Positions 23,401-33,621 of a stretch of DNA of 64,000 bases are shown one piece after another. Under the pieces are notes generated by a model that ran no database searches, had not been told where the DNA came from, and saw only the letters and a program-made list of their open reading frames with translations. This DNA is from an uncultured cyanobacterium (lineage in GTDB: Bacteria; Cyanobacteriota; Cyanobacteriia; Cyanobacteriales; CAWCAG01). The stretch covers positions 96,001-160,000 of the forward strand of contig CAWDOD010000004.1 in assembly GCA_963803805.1 (NCBI GenBank), read 5' to 3'. The translations under genes and the position numbers were made by a program. The stretch's first letter is position 1. The number at the start of each line of letters is the position of its first letter.

Positions 23401-23923
23401 ATGGGACAATGATACAAGCTGGGCAAATGCAATTGGTTTATATGAAGCAAATAACATTCCTGAAGCCTTAGCCCAAGAAACAAATTTTCAAGCAGCAGTA
23501 AAGTTAAGTCGTGGCTATGATTTAGCCCAAGAGGGAAAAATAGAAGAAGCACTCGCTGCTTATGAAAAAGCGCAACAACTTGACCCTAAATTAGAAATAT
23601 CTCCTCAATTTTGGTATCAACTTTGTAAATATGGTTGTCTACATGGTTATGGTGATAAGGTTCTCTTTGCTGGAGAAAAATTAGTAAAACTTGTGCCGAA
23701 TAATGAAGTATGTTTAGATATTCGTGGATTGGCAAGGGCTTTAACTGGAGATATTTCGGGGGCGATCGCAGATTTTCAAGCAGTTGTAGATAGTGACTAT
23801 TTTGATTATCGAAAAGGATTAAAAGCAAAGCGAGAATATTGGCTAGCTGCTTTAAAACAAGGGAATAATCCTTTCACCCCAGAAGAAATAGCAGCATTGC
23901 AAAAAAGCGAAGGAGAGGCATAG
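20401..23923 (+). CDS. NACHT NTPase plus pentapeptide repeats plus TPR-like C-terminus, frameshifted in the repeat tract
   Basis: Walker A GGPGRGKS, Walker B LLDGFDE, EFFHKSFGEFL. 15-bp A(N/D)LS(R/S) units follow. After the repeats the frame reads NLSDIEWD...LSRGYDLAQEGKIEEALAAYEKAQQLDP and joins ORF 23693-23923. Confidence 0.85.
22906..23394 (+). repeat. About 33 tandem 15-bp units (gccaacctcagtagg) encoding pentapeptide repeats
   Basis: Directly visible; five units are only 14 bp. Confidence 0.95.
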
Positions 23924-24042
23924 GAAATTAATAATTAATAATTAATAATTTATAATTTATAATTGTTCTTTCTCTCACTCTTGACATTTCCCCCTAAACC
24001 CCATTGTAAAAGTGTCCTAACTTTACTGCGCAGTGCTATATC

Positions 24043-24223
24043 TTTTCTGGACGGGGCCGAGAGTTATCTGAGTGGTACACTAACTTTCCTGAATGGGGCC
24101 GAGAGTTATCTGAGTGGTACACTAACTTTCCTGAACGGGTCTGAAAGTTATCTGGATAGTACACTAACTTTCCTGAATGGGTCTAAAAGTTATCTGGATA
24201 GTACGCTAACCTTCCTGAACGGG
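24043..24223 (+). repeat. 42-bp tandem repeat, about 4.3 copies
   Basis: tttcctgaatggggccgagagttatctgagtggtacactaac and variants. Confidence 0.9.
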
Positions 24224-24373
24224 ATAGATTAAGGGATGATTATACTAAATCCGGCTCATAAAGTACCTTTATAAAATCTACTGGAAAAAATTCTCAAAAG
24301 TGACAAATCGAGCTGCCCCTCCTTCTTCGCCATTGGGAGCATCTCAGTTTTGCAGAAATAGTTTGTCTGTGAA

Positions 24374-24423
24374 GTTAGCTATTAGCTATTAGCTATTAGC
24401 TGTTAGCTATTAGCTGTTAGCTT
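24374..24423 (+). repeat. Heptamer STRR (TTAGCTR) x7
   Basis: ttagcta/ttagctg tandem copies. Confidence 0.9.
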
Positions 24424-24459
24424 TAAGAATACATTTCTTGCTGCTTCAGTACAGCTTAC

Positions 24460-25350
24460 TCACTTCAACCAACTTGATAAATCTTTTTCGAGTAAGTTCT
24501 GTAGCTTAAGTACATCTTCACGAAACATTTCTACCAACTTCTCTCAATCTTCTACTTGTAGAGGCAAAGCATTTTTACCTTGAGAATTAAGATTAATAAT
24601 ACCAGCACGAATCTTTTGTCTTGCTTCCAGGGGCAAAAATGTCTTTAAAGTAGAAGCAGCCAAATTTCTGAGAGGGTTTTTGGTTTTTAATAAATTATTA
24701 ATTCCTTGGTTTTTCGGTACTTGAGCTTTTTGAGCTTTCTTAGCCGTATCAGGAACAAAATTATCATCTACTCCGATAAAACTATACATATTTTGCATCA
24801 AAGCAACTGGATTTTTACACAAATCATCATAAAGATAAACTTCAACTTTTTGACGACCAAATTCTTCAAAAAAGTGCTTTATTTGCTCATAGTAAAAACC
24901 TTTACTGAAAAAGTAAGCAGATTCAGCACGATGAGCAATAATTTCTGATAACGACTCTGGTTCTTCAATAGCATCGCGAATGTGCATTAAGTAATCAGAA
25001 TAAGCTCTTTCAGTAGGATTTCGCAGTATAGCAATGAGTTTAGCATCAGGTACAAAACGTTGAATCGCCTGAGCAGAGGTTTGGTAATGAAAAAGGTAAT
25101 TAGGGGAGGCTTCACCGATAGCAATTTCATCTTGAACCCCATCAAATAATTGGCGATATGTCTCAATATCCGTAATACTTTTGCTCGATTTCTTAGCAAG
25201 CTTTTCCGGCTCTTTTTCCCAATCAGCTTCTAGGAAATTTGTTTCCTTAACAGGACTCATATAAACCTGCGGATGCTCATCTAAGTAATTGTAAATAGAA
25301 GTAGTACCCGCTTTTTGAACGCCGATGATTAGAAAGTTGGGTAAGGTCAT
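24460..25350 (-). pseudogene. Sulfotransferase with an in-frame premature TGA at 24544-24546
   Basis: PNFLIIGVQKAGTTS (PAPS loop), GEASPNY, ILRNPTERAYS. After VED* the same frame reads EKLVEMFREDVLKLQNLLEKDLSSWLK*. Confidence 0.8.
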
Positions 25351-25681
25351 AGGATTGCTGTAATTAGTCCTTTTTAGCTTACCCATTATTTATACCAAAT
25401 CCTGTTTACTTCCATAGGCAACCTTCGATTCAGGGGGAGTTTTAGTTTCTTTAGTTTTAGATTTTTCTTCAGCTATAGCATTAAGAAAACTAACTTGTTA
25501 CCAATGGGTAATGACAATTCCTCAACTGTCTCACCCCCTTGTCAAAAAGGCTACTCATAAACAACCATTAAATTAAAGGGTAGCTAGCCGGAATTGCTCT
25601 TCTAAGCCCCGTAGAATGTACAACGAGAGCAAGTAAAGCTTAACAAGGGATATATCAAAGCAACGGAAGCGATACAGTCTT

Positions 25682-27070
25682 ATGGAGTTGAACTTACAAA
25701 GATTTTTTGATGCCTGCGATCCTAGTAGGACACTAGTGATCGAAGATGCTGAGGACAGGCAGTACTATATAGATTTTGCTTCTGTGCGAGGGGGCAAAGT
25801 TATCGAAGCACTGAAAAGAACTATAACTAGACTTTCTCCCCACAAGCCCACTTGTCAATTATTCACAGGACATATTGGTTGCGGCAAGTCCACGGAATTA
25901 TTGCGCCTGAAAGCAGAATTAGAAGATCAAGGTTTTCATGTGGTTTATTTTGAATCTACAGAAGATTTAGATGAAACCGATGTTGATATAACTGATATTT
26001 TACTCGCCATTGCCCGTCAGGTAAGCAAAAGTTTAGAAGAGAGTAATATTCACCTTGAACCCAAAGGTTTCAAAGCTTTTTTGCGGGGAGTGGCAGATTT
26101 TTTGCAAACTCCCATTGTGGTTAATGCCGAAGCTGAAGTGCCGGGTTTAGGAACCTTAGAAGCTAGTAGCGAAGGGGAGTTGGCTTTTTCTTTACCTATG
26201 GGTATTGGCAGAATTACGACTACTACCAAAAACTCCCAGCAACTACGTTCTAAATTGAGGCAATATTTGGAACCCCAAACTACTAGGATTTTACAGTTTA
26301 TCAATAAAGAGATCCTCGAAGTTGCCATTAAAGAACTTCGTAGCCGTGGCAAACATGGTTTAGTAGTAATCATTGATAACTTGGATCGCATTGATAATCG
26401 CCCCCTCTCTTCTGGTAGGTTGCAACCAGAATACCTGTTTGTAGATCGCGGTGATCAACTACGCAAGCTCAACTGTCATTTGGTTTATACTATTCCTCTA
26501 GCCCTAATTTTTTCCAACGAAAGAGAGGCGATGAAAAATCGCTTAGGGGGAGGCATTGACCCGAAGATGTTACCTATGGTTGCGGTGCAATCTCGTACTG
26601 GGGATATATACCAGGAGGGTTTGGAGTTGCTGCGGCAATTAATTCTAGCTAAAGCCTTTCCAGATTTGAGTCCCCAAGAACGTCTCAACTATGTTACAGA
26701 GGTTTTTGATGATCTCAAAACCTTAGATCGTGTCTGTCGCATTAGCGGGGGTCATATCCGCAACTTATTAGGAATGGTGTATCGTTGCATTCAAGAACAA
26801 GATCCACCCATTTCTATCAATACCCTAGAAAGAATTATTAGAGAATCTCGCGATCGCCTTTTATTAGCCATCGATGATCGGGAATGGGAGTTATTATTTA
26901 AAGTAGTAGAAGAACAAAAGGTGAAAGGAGAAGAAGAGTATCAACTTCTTTTACGCAGTATGTTCGTTTTTGAATACCGCGATGAAGAAGGTAATTGGTT
27001 CGGTATTAATCCTCTACTCTTAGAAACCAAAAAGTATAAGCTTTGGCAAGAAGAGTTTGCTAATGGCTAG
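25682..27070 (+). CDS. P-loop ATPase (AAA/KAP-like)
   Basis: Walker A GHIGCGKST, Walker B VIIDNLDR, SGGHIR. Confidence 0.85.
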   Translation: MELNLQRFFDACDPSRTLVIEDAEDRQYYIDFASVRGGKVIEALKRTITRLSPHKPTCQLFTGHIGCGKSTELLRLKAELEDQGFHVVYFESTEDLDETDVDITDILLAIARQVSKSLEESNIHLEPKGFKAFLRGVADFLQTPIVVNAEAEVPGLGTLEASSEGELAFSLPMGIGRITTTTKNSQQLRSKLRQYLEPQTTRILQFINKEILEVAIKELRSRGKHGLVVIIDNLDRIDNRPLSSGRLQPEYLFVDRGDQLRKLNCHLVYTIPLALIFSNEREAMKNRLGGGIDPKMLPMVAVQSRTGDIYQEGLELLRQLILAKAFPDLSPQERLNYVTEVFDDLKTLDRVCRISGGHIRNLLGMVYRCIQEQDPPISINTLERIIRESRDRLLLAIDDREWELLFKVVEEQKVKGEEEYQLLLRSMFVFEYRDEEGNWFGINPLLLETKKYKLWQEEFANG

Positions 27071-27100
27071 TTGCTAGTTGCTAATGGCTAGTTGCTAATT
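27059..27100 (+). repeat. Heptamer STRR (GCTAGTT/GCTAATG)
   Basis: Tandem heptamers; the same family occurs near 17848 and 31847. Confidence 0.75.
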
Positions 27101-27134
27101 GTTCTCTCCCAGTCCTCCAGTCTCCCTGTGCCAT

Positions 27135-30100
27135 ATGAAAAACATTACCAAAGAAGAAAATGAACGTTCTTTGAAAACCTTAGCTAGAACTATGAAACTA
27201 GCAAAAGGGCGATTTTCTTTGCATTTTGTTTGGTGTAACTATACCCATTTACAGACGCATTTCCTGAAGAGGTTGGAGAAAGATTATAATGTTAATTTTG
27301 ATAGGTTATTTTTACCTCAATTAACTCAAACCATTCGAGAAATGGTTGCCTATGATTATCAAGATAAAGAACCAGAAAGTTTGATGATTTTGGGTTTAGA
27401 AGCAGTTAAAGACCTTGAAAAACTATTAGTAACAGTTAATCGGGCGCGGGATAAAGTCAAAGCTAACTTTCCTTTCCCTTTGGTAGTTTGGGTAACAGAT
27501 AAAGTATTGAAAAAATTGTGTCGTTTAGCCCCTGACTTAAGTAGTTGGGGAGGGACTCCAATTCATTTTTTACTACCCGATGAAGAGTTAAAAGCTTTTG
27601 TAAAAAAGCAAGTAGAACGAGCTTTTTCTGCTGATTCTACTTTTAGCTTAGATGATCATGAATTGTCGGCAGTTCAACAAGATTTGGAGCAACGCCCTGG
27701 AGTTTTGAGTCCAAATGAAGAGGCAGGGTGGGAATTTATTCTGGCCTCTTTAGCAGTTAATAATAATCAAATAAAAAAAGCGATCGCTCACTACAAAAAG
27801 AGTTTGACTTTTTGGCAACAGAGTAATAATTTAGAACGGCAAGGTACGATTTTATTAAATATGGCCTTTCTTTTTTACTCAGAAGGGGAAAAGCAAAAAG
27901 CAAAAAGACGGCATTATTGGCAACAAGCTAGTTATTATCTACAACAATGTTTAGCTATTTTTGAACAAGCCCAATTACCTAGTTTGGTAGCAGAACATAT
28001 TAGTCAATTGGGGGAAGTTCTCAGGCGTTTGAAAGCTTGGGAACAACTGCAAAACTTAGCTCAAAAAGCCCTGACTTTACACCAAGATTATGGTGAACCA
28101 GAACAAATTGCCCAAGACTACGGGTTTTTAGCAGAAGTAGCTTTAGAACAGTTCCATTGGGAACAAGCAAATCAACTAGCCAAACAAGCTTTAGAAATTT
28201 TTGACCAAATTCCCCAATCTCAACCCCAAGCGGAAGGTTTATATCATTTTCTTCTCGCCCGTAGTTTAGGACAAACTGTTCCTCAACTACAAAGATTGGA
28301 GAAAATGACAACGGCGATCGCCCATTTAGAAATTGCTGGGGATAAATGTTCTCCTAGTTATGACCCTCAGCTTTATATTTCGATTTTAGACGAGTTGGGA
28401 ACTTTATATTTTGAGCAGGGAAAATATCTTCGAGCTTTCAAAATTAAGCAAGCAAGGAGGGAAATTCAGACTCAATACGGTTTACGGGCTTTTATTGGGG
28501 CAGGAAAGCTTCAGCCTCACCGTCAGATGATTCCTAGTCCGGTTACTACTAAAATTTTGACAGGACAGCAAGATCAAGACAATACTTTTGAAGATATTGT
28601 CGCAGTTTCTGGGCGGCAGCAAGATGTTAACCGTTTGTTAGAAAGAATCACTCTACCTGCCCGTAAGTTAACGGTGATTTATGGGCAATCTGGCGTGGGT
28701 AAAAGTTCTATTGTGGAAGCCGGATTATTACCTGCTTTGAAACAAGCACATCCCGAAGGTAGAGAAGTTATACCTGTTTTATTACGAGTTTATAGTGATT
28801 GGTTAGGAAGCATTAATAATGCTTTGCAAGAACATAGTTTTAAGCAAGAATCACCGCAATATTTAACATTAGGGCAAAATAAACCTAGTATCCAAAAAAT
28901 CATTACAAAACTCCAAGAAAATGCTCAGAATAATCTTTTAACTGTGTTGATTCTAGATCAGTTTGAAGAATTTTTCTTTGTCCATAAAGAGAGGAAAAGT
29001 AGACACACTTTTTATGACTTGTTTCGACAATGTTTGGTAGTACCTTATGTAAAGGTAATCATTTCGATTCGCGAAGATTATTTACATCGCTTGTTAGAAT
29101 GTAGCCGTACTACGAAACTAGATATTATTGATAATAATATTCTTGATAAAGATATTCTTTATTATTTAGGTAACTTTACTCCACAAGATGCTAAATCAGT
29201 CATCAAAAGCTTAACAGAACGCGCTCAATTCCAACTAGAACCAGAATTAATTGAGCAGTTGGTTAGGGATTTAGCAGGAGATTTAGGGGAAGTTCTGCCC
29301 ATTGAATTACAAATTGTGGGAGCGCAATTACAAAGAGAAAATATCACTACTTTAAAAGAGTATAAAATACGAGGGACGAAAGAGAAACTTGTAGAGCATT
29401 ACTTGGCAACAGTAGTTGAAGATTGTGGGCAAGAAAACGAGCAGGCAGCCCAAAGAGTTTTATATTATCTTACCGACGAAAACAATACTCGTCCTTTCCA
29501 AACCAAAGAAGAACTTGCTTCTGATACAGAATTATCTAGTGAACAGTTGGATTTGGTTTTGACAATTTTAGTCGGTTCTGGTTTAATTGCTCGTTTCCCA
29601 GATTCTCAACTGGAATATTATCAACTTGTCCATGACTATTTAGTTAGCTTAATCAGGCAAAAATATCAACCAAGATCCTTAGAATTAGAACTAACAAAAC
29701 AGCAACTTAAACAATCTTTAGCTCAGGAAAAACAACAAAGAAAAAGAGCAGAAGTTGCCGAAATAAAAGCCCTTAATTCCTTAGCAAAAACTCTGTTTTT
29801 ATCCCATGATCAATTAGGAGCATTAGTCGCTAGTGTTAAAGCTGGCAAAAAGCTACTTAATGCTCAAGTTTCTCAATCTCTCAAAATTGAAACAATGGAT
29901 CGATTGCGACAAACTATTTATGGTGTCAAAGAACGTAATCGTTTACAAGGTCATGATGCCGCCGTTTTTAGCGTTGCTATTAGTCCTGACGGTGAGAAAA
30001 TTGCTACAGGTAGTTGGGATAAGACGGTGATAATTTGGAGTCGTCAAGGTAAAAAATTAAAAGTTATTAAAGGTCATGAAGCAATTATTTATCGTGTTAC

Positions 30101-31769
30101 CTTTTCCCCCGATAGCAAAACTATTGCTACTTCTAGCGGGGATAAAACCATTCGTTTGTGGAGCCTAGAAGGAGAGCAGTTAAAAGTCTTTTGTGGTCAT
30201 GAAGATGAAGTTTATCGAGTTAGTTTTAGTCCTGATGGTACATTATTAGCTAGTGCCAGTCGGGATAAAACTATCAAGCTTTGGCCCCTTAATGGAGAGC
30301 AAGAAATTCAAACTCTTAAAGGTCATGAAGGGGCAGTTTATCGAGTTAGTTTTAGTCCTGATGGTACATTATTAGCTAGTGCTAGTGAAGATGGCACTGT
30401 GAAGCTTTGGAATTTAGCAGGGGAACTATTAAAAACTATTTTAGCCCACAATAGCCCCATCTATAAGGTGGCATTTAGCCCTTTAGGGGGCTTGCTAGCC
30501 ACTGCTAGCGATGACAAAACCGCTAAGTTATGGAGTTTGGCAGGAGAAGAAATTGCCACTCTGAGCCACCATACAGAACCAGTATACGGCATCACCTTTA
30601 GCCCTGATGGTAGTACTATCGCCACAGGAAGCGGGGATAAAACCATCAAAATTTGGAACCTGAAAGGAGAAGAACAACAAACCCTTTCTGGCCACGAAAA
30701 TGCCGTTTTTAGCCTCAGTTTTAGCTTAGATGGTAAAATCCTAGCTACAGGGAGTGGAGATAAGACAGTGAAGCTTTGGAGTTTGGAAGAAGAGGCAAAA
30801 CAAACTCTCCGGGGTCACAATAACTATGTTACCTGTGTTCGTTTTAGTCCTGATGGTGAAACTTTAGCCACAGGATGTGGCGATAAAATTGCTAAACTGT
30901 GGAATCTTGAGGGGGAAGTCTTACAAACTTTCCAAGGACATGAAGATGCCATTAATGGCTTAAGTTTTAGCCCAGATGGACAAAGAATTGTCACAGCAAG
31001 TTTTGATCGTACTGCCAAAATTTGGAACTTACAAGGACAAGAAGTTCTCACCCTACGAGGGCATCAAGACAAAGTTTACTGCGCTAACTTTAGCCCCGAT
31101 GGTAAGAAGATTGCCACAGCAAGTTTTGATCGTACCGCCAGAATTTGGAATTTAAAAGGAGAAGAAATTCTTAGCTTACAAGGACACCAGGGGGCAGTTT
31201 TTGATGTTAACTTTAGTCCTCTAAGTAATTTACTTGTTACTGCTAGTGATGACAGTACTGTCAAATTGTGGAACCTCCAAGGGGAAGAATTAAAAACCAT
31301 AATTAGACATGATCACGGCATATTAAAAGTGGTTTTTAGCCCCAATGGTAAAATCATCGCTACCGCTAGTTTAGATGGAACAGCCAAACTTTGGAACTTG
31401 CAAGGGGAAGAAATCAAAACTTTAGCTAGTCACAACAATTCTGTCCTAGCAGTCCGTTTTAGTCCTGACGGCAAAACTATTGCTACTGCTAGTGCCGACG
31501 GAACCCTAAAATTATGGAACCTAGAAGGAGAAGAATTACAAACCTTCCGAGGGCATAAGGATGCCGTAACCAGTATCAGCTTTAGCCCTGACGGTAAAAC
31601 TATTGCCACCGCTAGCGGCGATCGCACAGTGATGTTATGGAATTTTGAGTTAGATTATTTAGAAGATTTACTGATGCGTGGTGGTCATTGGTTGCGGGAT
31701 TATTTACTCAATAATCCTCATGTTGATCAAAGCGATCGCTATCTTTGCGAACGAGAAAATCATTTTTGA
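27135..31769 (+). CDS. Degenerate NTPase-like N-terminus plus TPR, STAND (nSTAND1-like) NTPase and about 14 WD40 repeats
   Basis: Walker A GQSGVGKSS, Walker B LILDQFEEFF, YQLVHDYLV, repeated GH...V.FSPDG..IAT.S.D.T.KLW. Confidence 0.9.
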   Translation: MKNITKEENERSLKTLARTMKLAKGRFSLHFVWCNYTHLQTHFLKRLEKDYNVNFDRLFLPQLTQTIREMVAYDYQDKEPESLMILGLEAVKDLEKLLVTVNRARDKVKANFPFPLVVWVTDKVLKKLCRLAPDLSSWGGTPIHFLLPDEELKAFVKKQVERAFSADSTFSLDDHELSAVQQDLEQRPGVLSPNEEAGWEFILASLAVNNNQIKKAIAHYKKSLTFWQQSNNLERQGTILLNMAFLFYSEGEKQKAKRRHYWQQASYYLQQCLAIFEQAQLPSLVAEHISQLGEVLRRLKAWEQLQNLAQKALTLHQDYGEPEQIAQDYGFLAEVALEQFHWEQANQLAKQALEIFDQIPQSQPQAEGLYHFLLARSLGQTVPQLQRLEKMTTAIAHLEIAGDKCSPSYDPQLYISILDELGTLYFEQGKYLRAFKIKQARREIQTQYGLRAFIGAGKLQPHRQMIPSPVTTKILTGQQDQDNTFEDIVAVSGRQQDVNRLLERITLPARKLTVIYGQSGVGKSSIVEAGLLPALKQAHPEGREVIPVLLRVYSDWLGSINNALQEHSFKQESPQYLTLGQNKPSIQKIITKLQENAQNNLLTVLILDQFEEFFFVHKERKSRHTFYDLFRQCLVVPYVKVIISIREDYLHRLLECSRTTKLDIIDNNILDKDILYYLGNFTPQDAKSVIKSLTERAQFQLEPELIEQLVRDLAGDLGEVLPIELQIVGAQLQRENITTLKEYKIRGTKEKLVEHYLATVVEDCGQENEQAAQRVLYYLTDENNTRPFQTKEELASDTELSSEQLDLVLTILVGSGLIARFPDSQLEYYQLVHDYLVSLIRQKYQPRSLELELTKQQLKQSLAQEKQQRKRAEVAEIKALNSLAKTLFLSHDQLGALVASVKAGKKLLNAQVSQSLKIETMDRLRQTIYGVKERNRLQGHDAAVFSVAISPDGEKIATGSWDKTVIIWSRQGKKLKVIKGHEAIIYRVTFSPDSKTIATSSGDKTIRLWSLEGEQLKVFCGHEDEVYRVSFSPDGTLLASASRDKTIKLWPLNGEQEIQTLKGHEGAVYRVSFSPDGTLLASASEDGTVKLWNLAGELLKTILAHNSPIYKVAFSPLGGLLATASDDKTAKLWSLAGEEIATLSHHTEPVYGITFSPDGSTIATGSGDKTIKIWNLKGEEQQTLSGHENAVFSLSFSLDGKILATGSGDKTVKLWSLEEEAKQTLRGHNNYVTCVRFSPDGETLATGCGDKIAKLWNLEGEVLQTFQGHEDAINGLSFSPDGQRIVTASFDRTAKIWNLQGQEVLTLRGHQDKVYCANFSPDGKKIATASFDRTARIWNLKGEEILSLQGHQGAVFDVNFSPLSNLLVTASDDSTVKLWNLQGEELKTIIRHDHGILKVVFSPNGKIIATASLDGTAKLWNLQGEEIKTLASHNNSVLAVRFSPDGKTIATASADGTLKLWNLEGEELQTFRGHKDAVTSISFSPDGKTIATASGDRTVMLWNFELDYLEDLLMRGGHWLRDYLLNNPHVDQSDRYLCERENHF

Positions 31770-32088
31770 GTTAATACCAATTCTCTTTGTCACAACAGAG
31801 ATATACTTTAGAGAGAGCCAAGAAAAGACTTATTCAAAAGCAATAAGCTAATGGCTAGTTGCTAAAATCTTATACTTGGTAAGGATATTTTATTTATTGG
31901 AGTTCTCTTACTGAATGGGGGTTAGAAAATACCCTGGATTGCCAGTAAAATGCTTTGGGCAACTTTCTGGTTTTTGTAGGTGTCAACTAGATCGAACATT
32001 CCCTCCATTAAAAATTCTTGGAGGAAATTTATCCTACTTGCAAAATGGAAATATTGAAGTATAATTTCAACCAACCTATGATTGTTCA

Positions 32089-32946
32089 GTGAAGATGCTT
32101 AGTACCGAACAAGAAGAAAAACTTACTCAAATCGGCGCTCATCTTCGACAAAGAAGACTTGAGCTAGATGTTCCCTTAGAAGATATATCCAATCGCACTA
32201 AGATCCGCAAATATATTTTAGAAGCAATTGAGGAGGCCCAAGTAGAGGAGTTGCCTCAAGCTGTCTATTTACCAGGTTTCATTCGTCACTATGGCAATGC
32301 CCTTAAGCTGAATGGGCAGGAATTAGCTGATGCTTTTTCCAAAGTTCCTGCAACCCCTGAAGCTTCAGAAAATCTTACCCCAGAACTATCCGTTCCTGTT
32401 GCCCCTGCAAGCAAAATTGCGTCTACCAATCGAAGTGCTAACCTCAAGCCAGCTTTAGCTATTTTACCCCTATTGCTATTAACCGTAGGGGCAATTGGCG
32501 GCGGGCTATTCTTTTGGCAACGTCAATCAGCCCAAAACTTGGTGAATACTGATTCTGAACCAAATGAACCAGAAGGAGAAACCCGTCCTCGTGTAGTCGA
32601 AGGTACAATTAAAAAAGAAGCTGCGCCCCCAAAAGTTAAACCTAGTGCAATTCCTACCCCAGAAACAGAAGCTTCTCCTGCCCCCCTAACAGCCTCAGCA
32701 ACAGAAGCTTTAGCGGTTAAGGTGAGTCTAGAAGGTTCTTCTTGGATGCAAGTTAAGATCGACGGTAAAACCGAATTTGAGGGGATTTTAAAGGAAGGAG
32801 ACGAAAAAGTCTGGAAAGCGGATAAAGAGTTAATTATTCGTTCAGGGAATGCTGGGGTAGTGAAAGTAGCCCAAGGTGGTCAACCAGCTAAGCCTTTAGG
32901 GCAACCTGGGGCTGTGGAAGAGGTGATTTTAACAGCTAATCAGTGA
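32089..32946 (+). CDS. RodZ-like HTH membrane protein
   Basis: N-terminal HTH (TKIRKYILEAIE..LP..VY..GFI), one TM segment, C-terminal SWMQVKIDG...GNAG. Confidence 0.8.
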   Translation: MKMLSTEQEEKLTQIGAHLRQRRLELDVPLEDISNRTKIRKYILEAIEEAQVEELPQAVYLPGFIRHYGNALKLNGQELADAFSKVPATPEASENLTPELSVPVAPASKIASTNRSANLKPALAILPLLLLTVGAIGGGLFFWQRQSAQNLVNTDSEPNEPEGETRPRVVEGTIKKEAAPPKVKPSAIPTPETEASPAPLTASATEALAVKVSLEGSSWMQVKIDGKTEFEGILKEGDEKVWKADKELIIRSGNAGVVKVAQGGQPAKPLGQPGAVEEVILTANQ

Positions 32947-33204
32947 TGCCTACGGCAACGGTAAGGCGTATAATGATACTAACCCTTTTCTGTTAGGCTG
33001 CTATTTTTCCCTATTATTTGAACTTCCTGAAAAAAGCCTATACTAAGGGATACAGACTCCGGTAATCGAATTTTGGCAATTTTCCCCCTCGCAATAATTT
33101 TGAGGACGAAAAAGCTCCCGTAGCATAGCCATGCCGGAGGCTTATCGCATACGATATCAAAGCTTTAGGATTCAGAAATTGCAAATGTCTTCGGGGAGTA
33201 ACCA

Positions 33205-33444
33205 AAAAGGGATAGCATCCGATTTAGTTCTCCTACTGATGGCACTTGCCTCCACAGTAGACTCAACACTACCGCTACCATCAATGGTAGGGTTAGTATT
33301 CTTTTTCTCATTCCCAAGGAGTGCTAATCGGCTAGCTGATTGCCCTTCTCAATAGCTATCATCACTAGCACTTTCTTTGAAGGCGCAAACCACTGTTTCA
33401 TCTGCCTTTGACAAGCTACACACAATCTTAACTTGTTACCAATG
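33205..33444 (-). mobile_element. IS4-family transposase remnant with probable left terminal inverted repeat
   Basis: Minus strand reads NQLAD*HSLGMRKRILTLPLMVAVVLSLLWRQVPSVGELNRML, resembling cyanobacterial IS4 transposase N-termini; preceded by CATTGGTAACAAGTTA. Confidence 0.7.
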
Positions 33445-33621
33445 CCCATCAGGTGTGGGTTGATTGGCTACAGGTTTGCATTTGATTAGCTTTCAGGAAT
33501 TAATCTTAATCTTAGAACAAAGACTTTATTTAGAACACCAATTTTGTGTAAGTTAGATAAATAAGGAGTTGCATATAAGGCAATAGTACTGGGGATGCAG
33601 ATTTAACTTTGCATACTTTTT

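Noticed and set aside
24043..24223. Possible CRISPR array
   Set aside because: Head-to-tail copies with no unique spacers and no cas genes nearby.
33131..33355. 74-aa plus-strand ORF
   Set aside because: It is the antisense shadow of the IS4 transposase remnant.
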